Origin: Mariprofundus ferrinatatus
GTDB taxonomy: Bacteria; Pseudomonadota; Zetaproteobacteria; Mariprofundales; Mariprofundaceae
Direction: 5' to 3'
Length of the DNA: 32,000 nt
Assembly: GCF_002795825.1 (NCBI RefSeq)
Contig: NZ_CP018800.1
Span: 2,264,213 to 2,296,212, forward strand
Shown here: piece by piece, positions 19,597 to 27,423 of the stretch
Position numbering within the stretch: the first letter of the stretch is position 1
How the letters are laid out: every line of letters starts with the position of its first letter
The notes under the pieces: model-generated
Databases searched by the model: none
Told to the model about the DNA's origin: nothing
What the model saw: only the letters and a program-made list of their open reading frames with translations
Program-made: the position numbers and the translations under genes

Positions 19597-20025
19597 TTAG
19601 CCCTTAACTTCCAGACCCATGGAGCGGGCGGTGCCTTCAATAATCTTCATGCCAGCTTCAGCGTCATAGCAATTCAGGTCAGGCATCTTGGTTTCAGCGA
19701 TCTCGCGAAGCTGAGCGCTCGTTACGGTACCGACCTTCTTCTTGTTCGGCTCGCCACTGCCTTTCTGGATCTTGGCAGCCTTCAGCAACAGCACGGATGC
19801 CGGTGGGGTTTTGATGATAAAATCGAATGATTTGTCTGCATAAACACTGATCACAACAGGCAGTGTCAGACCTTTCTCCATCTCCTGGGTCTTGGCGTTG
19901 AACGCCTTGCAGAACTCCATAATGTTAACGCCAGCCTGACCGAGTGCCGGTCCAACTGGTGGGGATGGGTTTGCGGAACCTGCAGGAACCTGCAGCTTCA
20001 CGATTTTTTGTAGTTTCTTAGCCAT
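19597..20025 (-). CDS. rplK: 50S ribosomal protein L11
   Basis: 142 aa starting [43 protein letters not shown], the canonical L11 N-terminus. Confidence 0.97.
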   Translation of the reverse strand: MAKKLQKIVKLQVPAGSANPSPPVGPALGQAGVNIMEFCKAFNAKTQEMEKGLTLPVVISVYADKSFDFIIKTPPASVLLLKAAKIQKGSGEPNKKKVGTVTSAQLREIAETKMPDLNCYDAEAGMKIIEGTARSMGLEVKG

Positions 20026-20163
20026 TTATATCTCCAACCGGTTTCGGGCCTCTTGCCCTCCGCCTTTATTCGCATGTCACTATCCGTGACTCTGCTCCCA
20101 CTCTTGTGGTAAATCCTTCACATCCATGTGAAAGCGTTTTCTGAACAACTGAAGGTAGCGCCC
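20026..20163 (-). promoter_or_regulatory. rplK leader / nusG-rplK intergenic region (expected L11-operon promoter and L1 feedback site)
   Basis: A 138-nt gap at the position of the E. coli L11 promoter and L1 translational operator. It contains GGGAG and a GGGC..GCCC hairpin close to the SD. The call rests on position only. Confidence 0.3.
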
Positions 20164-20694
20164 TCAGCCCTTCTCAACCTGTATATACTCCAGTTCGACA
20201 GGAGTCGGACGCCCGAAGATTGAAACACTCACCTTCAGTTTCGCCTTATCTTCCATCACCTCTTCGACAACGCCGTTAAAGGATGCAAAAGGCCCGTCGA
20301 TCACGCGAACGGCATCGCCGATATCAAACATCACCTTCGGCTTCGGACGCTCGATACCCTCTTCAATCTGCTGAATCAGGGCGTCGACCTCGCGTTGCGG
20401 CATCGGCATCGGCTTGTTGCCGGAACCGAGGAAACCACTTACCTGGCGGGTATCTCTTACCACGTGCCAGGTATCATCGTTCATCTCCATCTCGACAAGA
20501 ATGTAACCAGGGAAGAACTTGCGCTGAGATGTCACCTTCTGACCCTCTTTCAGCTCAACCACTTCCTCACGGGGAACGAGAATCTTTCCGAACTTGTCGG
20601 AAAGGCCTGCCCGTTCAGCATTTTCTCTCAGCATCTGCTCCACTTTATCTTCATAATTGGAGTAGACCTGAACCACATACCAACGCATCGCCAT
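20164..20694 (-). CDS. nusG: Transcription termination/antitermination factor NusG
   Basis: 176 aa with an NGN domain (WYVVQVYSNYEDKV) and a KOW motif (GDAVRVIDGPFASFNGVV). Its ATG overlaps the secE stop by 1 nt (TGATG). Confidence 0.97.
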   Translation of the reverse strand: MAMRWYVVQVYSNYEDKVEQMLRENAERAGLSDKFGKILVPREEVVELKEGQKVTSQRKFFPGYILVEMEMNDDTWHVVRDTRQVSGFLGSGNKPMPMPQREVDALIQQIEEGIERPKPKVMFDIGDAVRVIDGPFASFNGVVEEVMEDKAKLKVSVSIFGRPTPVELEYIQVEKG

Positions 20695-20882
20695 CAGATC
20701 ACCTGCTTCACAAGCGAACTTAAGCCCCAGTCAACCAGCCACAGAAACAGAGCGATAAAGATTACCATCACGAATACCATCAGCGTTGACTGCATCGTCT
20801 CTTTACGGTCAGGCCAGGTCACCTTTTTGGCTTCGACCTTCACCTCATTCATGAATTTCTGCATCTCAGCAACACGACTCAT
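20694..20882 (-). CDS. secE: Preprotein translocase subunit SecE
   Basis: The track ORF (85 aa) overlaps tRNA-Trp. The internal ATG at 20882-20880 follows AGGAG and gives 62 aa (MSRVAEMQKFMNEVKVEAKKVTWPDRKET...) with one C-terminal TM helix. The secE-nusG order is conserved. Confidence 0.85.
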   Translation of the reverse strand: MSRVAEMQKFMNEVKVEAKKVTWPDRKETMQSTLMVFVMVIFIALFLWLVDWGLSSLVKQVI

Positions 20883-20921
20883 ACTTAAGCTCCTATTCCT
20901 ACTAACCACACATACAAACAC

Positions 20922-20997
20922 TGGCAGGCCAGGAGGGGCTCGAACCCCCAACCCCCGGTTTTGGAGACCGGTGCTCTACCAATTGAGCTACTGGCCT
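20922..20997 (-). tRNA. tRNA-Trp (anticodon CCA)
   Basis: Folded by hand: AGGCCAG acceptor, anticodon arm CCGGT-CTCCAAA-ACCGG, T-arm GGGGGTTCGAGCCCC, and an encoded CCA. 76 nt. Confidence 0.95.
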
Positions 20998-21003
20998 AGG
21001 GTG

Positions 21004-21159
21004 TTATTTAATCTTTGTTTCCTTGTGTGGCGTATGTTTACGACAGGAGTTGCAGTACTTACTCAGCACCAGCTTATCTGTCATGGTACGCTTGTTCTTA
21101 TCAGTGGTGTAATTCTTGCGTTTGCACTCTTCACACGCCAAAGCCAACAAATCACGCAT
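21004..21159 (-). CDS. rpmG: 50S ribosomal protein L33 (Zn-ribbon form)
   Basis: Below the track cutoff at 51 aa: [51 protein letters not shown]. This is the L33 family pattern with CxxC...CxxC. SD GGAG lies upstream. The stop is 6 nt before tRNA-Trp. Confidence 0.9.
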   Translation of the reverse strand: MRDLLALACEECKRKNYTTDKNKRTMTDKLVLSKYCNSCRKHTPHKETKIK

Positions 21160-21180
21160 TTCCTATTCTCCAGTGACGGC

Positions 21181-21210
21181 AAAGCGGCGGTAGCACAAGT
21201 CTACCGCCGC
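21181..21210 (-). terminator. Hairpin between tuf and rpmG (possible attenuator/processing site)
   Basis: Minus-strand GCGGCGGTAG-acttgtg-CTACCGCCGC forms a 10-bp stem followed only by TTTG. The U-tract is weak, so this is at most a partial terminator. Confidence 0.4.
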
Positions 21211-21227
21211 CGCACGTCTTTAACGTT

Positions 21228-22418
21228 TTACTTACTAATGTCGGTTACGACGCCAGCGCCGACCGTACGACCACCCTCACGAATTGCGAAACGGAGCTCT
21301 TTGTCCATCGCGATCGGAGTGATCAGTTCAACATCCATAGAGATGTTATCGCCAGGCATCACCATCTCGGTGCCCTCTGGCAGCTGTACGGAACCAGTCA
21401 CGTCAGTTGTACGGAAGTAGAACTGTGGACGGTAACCGTTGAAGAATGGCGTATGACGACCACCCTCTTCCTTGGTCAGAATATATGCCTCTGCCTTGAA
21501 AGTGGTGTGAGGCGTGATGGAACCCGGCTTCGCCAGTACCTGACCACGCTCAACATCTTCACGCTTGGTACCACGCAGCAGTACACCAACGTTGTCGCCA
21601 GCTTCGCCGGAATCCAGCAGCTTGCGGAACATCTCAACACCGGTACAGGTTGTCTTGGTGGTAGCCTTGATACCAACGATCTCGATCTCGTCACCAACCT
21701 TAACAATACCCTGCTCAATACGACCGGTTACAACAGTACCGCGGCCTGAGATCGAGAAAACGTCCTCGATTGGCATCAGGAAGGTCTTGTCGATTGGACG
21801 CTCAGGCGTAGGAATGAATGAATCCACCGCTTCCATCAGACGAAGAATAGATGCCTCACCAATTTCAGACTGGTCGCCTTCCAGCGCCTTCAGTGCAGAA
21901 CCGATAATGATCGGAGTGTCATCACCAGGGAAGTCGTATGAGTCCAGAAGTTCACGAACTTCCATCTCTACCAGCTCAAGAAGCTCTTCATCATCAACCA
22001 TGTCAGCCTTGTTCAGGTATACAACCAGGTGAGGTACGTTTACCTGACGCGCCAGAAGTACGTGCTCGCGGGTCTGTGGCATCGGGCCGTCTGCAGCCGA
22101 TACAACCAGAATACCACCGTCCATCTGGGCAGCACCGGTGATCATGTTCTTCACGTAGTCAGCATGGCCCGGGCAGTCAACGTGTGCATAGTGACGCGCT
22201 TCTGTCTCGTACTCAACGTGAGCTGTAGCAATTGTAATACCGCGCTCGCGCTCTTCAGGAGCACCGTCAATATCGCCGTAATCCTTGAAGGTAGCGCCGC
22301 CTGTCAAAGACAGAACCTTGGTGATCGCAGCGGTCAACGTGGTCTTGCCATGGTCAACGTGACCAATCGTACCAATGTTCACATGCGGTTTCGTACGCTC
22401 AAACTTTTCCTTTGCCAT
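21228..22418 (-). CDS. tuf: Elongation factor Tu
   Basis: 396 aa with [14 protein letters not shown] and NKAD G-motifs. Canonical EF-Tu throughout. Confidence 0.99.
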   Translation of the reverse strand: MAKEKFERTKPHVNIGTIGHVDHGKTTLTAAITKVLSLTGGATFKDYGDIDGAPEERERGITIATAHVEYETEARHYAHVDCPGHADYVKNMITGAAQMDGGILVVSAADGPMPQTREHVLLARQVNVPHLVVYLNKADMVDDEELLELVEMEVRELLDSYDFPGDDTPIIIGSALKALEGDQSEIGEASILRLMEAVDSFIPTPERPIDKTFLMPIEDVFSISGRGTVVTGRIEQGIVKVGDEIEIVGIKATTKTTCTGVEMFRKLLDSGEAGDNVGVLLRGTKREDVERGQVLAKPGSITPHTTFKAEAYILTKEEGGRHTPFFNGYRPQFYFRTTDVTGSVQLPEGTEMVMPGDNISMDVELITPIAMDKELRFAIREGGRTVGAGVVTDISK

Positions 22419-22480
22419 ATTTATTCTCCATACATGTATTTACTACAATGGAGACCTGCATGCAGATTTCCATCAAATTC

Positions 22481-22555
22481 TGGAGCCCAGAGCGAGAATT
22501 GAACTCGCGACCTCATCCTTACCAAGGATGTGCTCTACCCCTGAGCTACCTGGGC
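22481..22555 (-). tRNA. tRNA-Thr (anticodon GGT)
   Basis: GCCCAGG acceptor, anticodon arm CATCC-TTGGTAA-GGATG, T-arm GCGAGTTCAATTCTCGC, encoded CCA. 75 nt. Confidence 0.95.
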
Positions 22556-22575
22556 CTGCTCCGTGCCCCATAAAG

Positions 22576-22649
22576 TGGAGCGGGCGGCGGGAATCGAACC
22601 CGCGTCATCAGCTTGGAAGGCTGAGGTGCTACCATTGTACCACGCCCGC
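22576..22649 (-). tRNA. tRNA-Gly (anticodon TCC)
   Basis: GCGGGCG acceptor, anticodon arm TCAGC-CTTCCAA-GCTGA, T-arm GCGGGTTCGATTCCCGC, encoded CCA. 74 nt. Confidence 0.95.
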
Positions 22650-22673
22650 AACGGCCTTTATCAAGCTCAAAAC

Positions 22674-22758
22674 TGGTGGAGAGGGCTGGATTCGAACCAA
22701 CGTAGGCTGAGCCAGCAGATTTACAGTCTGCCCCCTTTAGCCACTCGGGAACCTCTCC
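22674..22758 (-). tRNA. tRNA-Tyr (anticodon GTA)
   Basis: GGAGAGG acceptor, anticodon arm GCAGA-CTGTAAA-TCTGC, long variable arm, T-arm TTGGTTCGAATCCAG, encoded CCA. 85 nt. Confidence 0.95.
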
Positions 22759-22869
22759 ATCTCGCACTCCGTTTGGCCACTGTCCCGCAAGCGGGTCAGC
22801 CCAAAAGGGCGCGCGATTCTGCACCTTTGCCACACACTGTCAAACAGCAGAGCAAAAATGCGGTCAAAC

Positions 22870-22945
22870 TGGAGCCGGCAACAGGATTCGAACCCGTGGC
22901 CTGCTGATTACAAATCAGCTGCTCTACCAACTGAGCTATGCCGGC
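22870..22945 (-). tRNA. tRNA-Thr (anticodon TGT)
   Basis: GCCGGCA acceptor, anticodon arm GCTGA-TTTGTAA-TCAGC, T-arm CACGGGTTCGAATCCTGT, encoded CCA. 76 nt. Confidence 0.95.
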
Positions 22946-22947
22946 AA

Positions 22948-23010
22948 GGGTGGCGCATCATAACGATCATTAATATGAACTCAAGCACTATTTGAAAACT
23001 ATCTTTCTTT
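22948..23010 (-). promoter_or_regulatory. Sigma70-type promoter of the tRNA-tuf operon with GC-rich (stringent-type) discriminator and A/T-rich upstream region
   Basis: On the minus strand, TTGAGT (22984-22979) is followed by a 16-nt spacer, then TATGAT (22962-22957), then GCGCCACC, then CTT and the tRNA 5' end. An A/T-rich tract (gaaagaaagatagttttcaaatag) lies upstream of the -35. Confidence 0.55.
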
Positions 23011-23307
23011 CCATCAGATAGCCCTGCTTTATAATGGATTGCAGGAAGCGAAATATCGTTGTTCAGGCGGCTTTCCTCTTCGCCCCAGGCCTCTCAGCCG
23101 TCTCTGTTTGGCAGCGCTGCCTGTAGACCGGGAAATTGTGTCGAACCCACCGTCAGTCACCTGCACGCCACTTTGAATTTCCAGATTTCTGCTATACTCG
23201 TCTGTAGCAAGTTAATTTTCGCCACCCGCGCGCCGTATCGCGCATCACTTTAGAAAAGTGACATGGGTACGTTCAGGATCGATCGTGGCCAGAGATAGAG
23301 AGGAGTT

Positions 23308-25566
23308 ATGAAGCTAGGCCATAAGATCTCCCTGGGCTTTCTACCTGTCGTCATCATGTTTTTTCTGGTGAGCACCGTACAGTTTGTACAACTCAAGCAT
23401 TCAAGAGATCACATCAACCAGATTATTTCCAGCAACCTTTCAGAGCTGGAATATGCAGAAGCTTTCTTCCATGCCATTCAAAACCTTCAGAAAAATGCCT
23501 TGCTGATCGCTATGGATGGAGTAGCGACTGGTACTTATGATGCTGAATCGAGTGCGACAATTATTGGCAACTTCAACAGCAGCCTGAACATGGCACAGCG
23601 TGCCGTAACCTTAATGGAGAAGCAGACGCTGATTCAAATTGAAAATGGCGATGCAGAGGGTGAGGAAGATGAACTTCAGGAAATCTTTCACTTAAAAAGA
23701 TTGCTTGTTTCACTCTCCGGTCATGCACATGAGCTCAAGAGATCTCTTGAAGCCGAAGAGGTCGAGCGATCCAGGGCCGTAATAGAGAATAAAATCGAAC
23801 CTCTTGCAATTCAAATGCATGGCATCATCAGCGACCTGGAAGTGGATGCCCAGGAAGAGATAGATTTAGCGCTGGTTAAACTCCAGGACCAACTCGAACG
23901 CCACATGGCAGCCACAGCCCTGGTCGGCATGATCTCTGTCACCCTGGTGATTGGACTGGCTCTCTATATCATGAGAAGTATCTCTGCCAACATTACCAGA
24001 CTGCATCAGGCGACCGGCCTGCTTGGGCAGGGGAAGCTGGACACCAGGGTTGAAGTATATTCGAGTGATGAGTTGGGAGAGATCGCCTCCGACATCAATT
24101 CCATGGCGGCCGGGCTTAGAGAGACCATCGTCTCTAGGGATGATCTGGCCAAAGAGGTTAAAGCCCGGGAAGAGGCAGAAAAAGAGCTGCAACAAAACGA
24201 ACACAAGTACCGTTCAATTTTTGAGTCGTCGCGTGACACCTTTATGTTGCTAGATCAGAACGGTTTCCTCGACTGCAATGACTCCACCCTGCATATGTTC
24301 GGGTGCGCAAACAGGGGTGAGTTTCTCGGCCATCATCCGATGGAATTCTCTCCTGCAGTGCAAAGCGATGGTACGCCGTCGCCAGAGGCGGCGAACAGAC
24401 ACATCGAAACAGCCCTCATCAATGGGTATGAGATGTTCGATTGGACTTATCAGCGCAAATCAGGGGAGATCTTTCCCGCAGAGGTACTGCTTACCAGGCT
24501 CACCCTTGATGACAAACAGCTGCTCATGGCTTCTGTTCGTGACATTAGCGAGCGAAAGCGTTCTGAAGCGAAGCTGCATGAAAGTGAAAAACAGATACGC
24601 CTGTTGCTGGACTCTGCTGCGGAAGCCATCTACGGCGTCGACGTAGATGGCAACTGCACGATGCTCAATAAAGCCTGCTTATCCATGCTGGGCTACGACA
24701 GCGAATCCGAGCTGCTGCAAAAAAATATGCATAAGAGGATCCATCACAGCCATGCCGATGGCACCCCCCTATCCGAGGAGCATTGCAGGGTATATCAGGC
24801 CTACAGGCAAGGTGAAGCTGCGCATGTAGATGATGAAGTCTTCTGGCGCAAAGATGGCAGCAGCTTCCCGATATCCTACTGGGTGCATCCGATCTATAGC
24901 GATGAGTCTGTGATTGGAGCCGTGGTTACCTTCCTCGATATCACAGAACAGGTAAGTTCAAGAAGTGCACTGAAACAGAGTCGCGAACAGCTGCAGAGCG
25001 CTTTGGAGGGCACGATTGCCGCGGTCTCCAATGCGGTTGGCGCAAGGGACCCCTACACGTCCGGCCACCAGCAACGTGTAGCTGAACTTGCCAAAGCCAT
25101 TGCCAGAGAGATGGGGCTGGATGAGGCACGGGTCAAAGGCGTATTCCTGAGTGCCACCATCCACGATATCGGTAAGATTCAACTGCCGGCAGATATCTTG
25201 AGCAGACCGGGAAAACTCACCAATGCTGAGTACCAGCTGATAAAGGAGCATTCTGAAGCAGGATATTCTATTCTTAAGGGTATAAGTTTTTCATGGCCCG
25301 TGGCAGAGGTGGCCCATCAGCACCACGAGCGCATGGATGGCTCGGGTTATCCACAGGGTTTAAAGGGTGATGAGATATGCCTGGAAGCCAAAATAGTTGC
25401 CGTAGCCGATGTTGTTGAAGCCATGAGCAGTCACCGCCCCTATCGTCCGGCGCTGGGGATAGATGCGGCACTGGATGAAATCCGAACCCATCGCGGCAGC
25501 GCTTTTGATCCCGAAGTTGTAGATGCCTGCCTGAAACTTTTTGAGGAGAAGCGCTTTACCCTTTAG
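23308..25566 (+). CDS. Membrane sensor HD-GYP c-di-GMP phosphodiesterase (TM-helical sensor-TM-HAMP-PAS-PAS-HD-GYP)
   Basis: 752 aa with two TM segments (residues about 10-28 and about 200-222) flanking a helical periplasmic region. Also has HAMP, two PAS domains (HKYRSIFESSRD..., IRLLLDSAAEAIYGVD...), the HD motif IHDIGK and HHERMDGSGYP. SD GAGGAG lies upstream. Confidence 0.9.
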   Translation: MKLGHKISLGFLPVVIMFFLVSTVQFVQLKHSRDHINQIISSNLSELEYAEAFFHAIQNLQKNALLIAMDGVATGTYDAESSATIIGNFNSSLNMAQRAVTLMEKQTLIQIENGDAEGEEDELQEIFHLKRLLVSLSGHAHELKRSLEAEEVERSRAVIENKIEPLAIQMHGIISDLEVDAQEEIDLALVKLQDQLERHMAATALVGMISVTLVIGLALYIMRSISANITRLHQATGLLGQGKLDTRVEVYSSDELGEIASDINSMAAGLRETIVSRDDLAKEVKAREEAEKELQQNEHKYRSIFESSRDTFMLLDQNGFLDCNDSTLHMFGCANRGEFLGHHPMEFSPAVQSDGTPSPEAANRHIETALINGYEMFDWTYQRKSGEIFPAEVLLTRLTLDDKQLLMASVRDISERKRSEAKLHESEKQIRLLLDSAAEAIYGVDVDGNCTMLNKACLSMLGYDSESELLQKNMHKRIHHSHADGTPLSEEHCRVYQAYRQGEAAHVDDEVFWRKDGSSFPISYWVHPIYSDESVIGAVVTFLDITEQVSSRSALKQSREQLQSALEGTIAAVSNAVGARDPYTSGHQQRVAELAKAIAREMGLDEARVKGVFLSATIHDIGKIQLPADILSRPGKLTNAEYQLIKEHSEAGYSILKGISFSWPVAEVAHQHHERMDGSGYPQGLKGDEICLEAKIVAVADVVEAMSSHRPYRPALGIDAALDEIRTHRGSAFDPEVVDACLKLFEEKRFTL

Positions 25567-25567
25567 T

Positions 25568-26047
25568 TCAGGGCTGCTTCTTTGCCAGGAAGGGAATAAC
25601 TGCGCCTGGCACGAGTTCGGAGACATCGCCACCCATGCTGGAGATCTCCCTGATAAAGCGGGAGGATACAAATGTATAGTCCTCGCGCGCCATGACGAAA
25701 ACAGTTTCGATTCGTTCATCCAGCCTGCGATTCATCGTTGCCATCTGGAACTCATATTCAAAGTCGGATGCGGCCCTGAGCCCGCGCAAAATAGCCGCAG
25801 CCCGATGCTCATGGGCAAGATCCACCAGCAGCCCCGAGAAGCGAACGGCCTCAACATTTTCCTCATCAGCGAACGTTTCGCGAACCATGGCAAGACGGGT
25901 CTCCGCATTAAACATCGGTCCTTTACCGGGATTATCAGCTACTCCGATCACCACGCGATCAAACATCTTTAAGCCACGTCGAACCACGTCAACATGTCCC
26001 AGCGTAATTGGATCAAATGTACCCGGATATATGGCTGTATTGCTCAA
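25568..26047 (-). CDS. coaD: Phosphopantetheine adenylyltransferase
   Basis: The track ORF (292 aa) is over-extended across the upstream gene. CoaD homology starts at the TTG at 26047-26045 ((M)SNTAIYPGTFDPITLGHVDVV...), which follows GGGGGA. This gives 159 aa, the same size as E. coli CoaD, and the T/HxGH motif is present. Confidence 0.9.
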   Translation of the reverse strand: MSNTAIYPGTFDPITLGHVDVVRRGLKMFDRVVIGVADNPGKGPMFNAETRLAMVRETFADEENVEAVRFSGLLVDLAHEHRAAAILRGLRAASDFEYEFQMATMNRRLDERIETVFVMAREDYTFVSSRFIREISSMGGDVSELVPGAVIPFLAKKQP

Positions 26048-26108
26048 TGTTCCCCCATCAACAGATGCGCACCATAATAGCTTGGCATGGATTTGTATGC
26101 GTTTGTTT

Positions 26109-27386
26109 TCAGAATGCCTGTCCCGTGCCGAGGTAAAAACGCCATTTTTTTGTGGCAAAGCCATACGCCACATCGCCTCGAATGGTTCCTCTGGCCAACC
26201 AGCGCAAGGTCCAGCGGAAACCGCCGCCGGCACCAACTGCAAGGCCGCGTGTAACAGATGCTCCTGCCCTGCCTCCGATCTTACCAAGATCGGCAAATGT
26301 AACCAGCTGAAGGTTGGAGTCTTCCCGGATTGGAAAGCGTCCCTCGAGGGAGCCGAACAAATAGTGAGTGCCCTGCAACTCTCCCGGGTAATAACCACGC
26401 AGCCCATCTCTGTTGCCAAGATCGAAAAGGCCGCTGCGCAGCACATTGCCGGTCACCAAGCCGCCATTCAATCGCACATTAAAGGTGTTCTGCCCTGAAA
26501 ACGTATAGTAGTCGCGCCACGATGCAGTGTGGCTGTAGCTGTTGACTGTTGAGCCCAATCCCTTGTGAGCGGCCGAGAGTGAATAATCAAATGCATTTCC
26601 TGATAACCAGGTGATTCGATCGTTCATTCTGCTATAGCTCACCCCTGCCAGCAGCGCCCTGATACGATGCCCCACCACGTCGGCCTGAGGGGTCCCTGAA
26701 ATGAAGCGGTAGGTGGCATTAGAGGCAGTAAACCCTCCCCTGACGCTCCACCCCTCATCCGGTACGTCTCCTAATGCATAGGAAAGAAGAAGCGTTGCAC
26801 TTCTACCTGTTTGAAGATACTGAGCCGAATGAATACCCTGATTATAAGTATCATACAGAGAGCGCCCACTGCTGCCACTTACAGATATATTCAGTTTTGA
26901 ATCGTCTACCCTGCGCCAATCATAAGCAGCTTCGTAGGAGCTTCCCTGCAATGCAGAGAAGTTGCTCCCGGTATCGCGCCTGTAAGCCATGCGTGCGTGG
27001 TGGTTTAAACCCCAGAGGTTATATTCATCAACAGCCACAGCTGCAGATGATGCCCCATTATCTTTTCGTGAAACCTGCGGTAGAACCCAAAGTGACCAAC
27101 GCTCTTTCAAATACACCGTCACATTGCCGTTTTCATCCGGAGCAGTCACAACCGCTTTACTGAAAATACCAAGATTGCGAAGACGCCTTTCAGCAACCTC
27201 AGCAAACCCCTCCCGCCAAACAGCACCAACTGAAAATGGCAATTCGCGCAACACGGTTATCTCTTGTGTCCGATCTATACCTTCAATATTAATACCATGA
27301 ACCTGTTCGAGCGGCTGGGCATATACCGCATCAATGATCAATATCGAGAGCAACAGAAGCCCCGCTATTTTTGAAAGGCGTCTCAT
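26109..27386 (-). CDS. Omp85 (BamA/TamA/surface-antigen D15) family outer-membrane protein with a single POTRA domain
   Basis: Start trimmed to the ATG at 27386 (MRRLSKIAGLLLLSILIIDAVYA|QP signal peptide). This avoids overlap with mtnA. One POTRA-like module (INIEGIDRTQEITVLRELPF...VTVYLKERW), a beta-barrel with an L6-type RGY motif (DGLRGYYPGEL), and a terminal aromatic (..GTGQAF). Confidence 0.8.
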   Translation of the reverse strand: MRRLSKIAGLLLLSILIIDAVYAQPLEQVHGINIEGIDRTQEITVLRELPFSVGAVWREGFAEVAERRLRNLGIFSKAVVTAPDENGNVTVYLKERWSLWVLPQVSRKDNGASSAAVAVDEYNLWGLNHHARMAYRRDTGSNFSALQGSSYEAAYDWRRVDDSKLNISVSGSSGRSLYDTYNQGIHSAQYLQTGRSATLLLSYALGDVPDEGWSVRGGFTASNATYRFISGTPQADVVGHRIRALLAGVSYSRMNDRITWLSGNAFDYSLSAAHKGLGSTVNSYSHTASWRDYYTFSGQNTFNVRLNGGLVTGNVLRSGLFDLGNRDGLRGYYPGELQGTHYLFGSLEGRFPIREDSNLQLVTFADLGKIGGRAGASVTRGLAVGAGGGFRWTLRWLARGTIRGDVAYGFATKKWRFYLGTGQAF

Positions 27387-27423
27387 AGCCTTATTCAAGC
27401 AACAAGGAACAGTAATCACAAGG

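Noticed and set aside
20883-20951. Upstream extension of the secE ORF
   Set aside because: It overlaps the tRNA-Trp gene (20922-20997). The internal ATG at 20882 has its own AGGAG SD and yields a SecE of typical size.
20395-21420. 341-aa plus-strand ORF, with similar long ORFs at 19072..19830, 10702..11328, 11449..12057, 14965..15585, 25692..26498 and 27334..28110
   Set aside because: All lie antisense to unambiguous conserved genes (nusG/secE/tRNA-Trp/rpmG/tuf, rplA/rplK, rpoC, rpoB, coaD/Omp85, mtnA). Their translations are low-complexity and rich in R/S/T/C/H with no recognisable motifs. The 341-aa ORF even runs through a tRNA gene. These are typical shadow ORFs opposite highly expressed genes.
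23059-23253. 64-aa plus-strand ORF in the tRNA / HD-GYP divergent region
   Set aside because: It has a non-ATG start, no SD and a Ser/Pro/Ala/Cys-rich low-complexity translation. It spans the region better explained as promoters and 5'UTR.
26048-26446. 133-residue N-terminal extension of the coaD track ORF
   Set aside because: It overlaps the 3' end of the Omp85 gene in another frame and has no CoaD similarity. A TTG start at 26047 gives a 159-aa protein colinear with E. coli CoaD.
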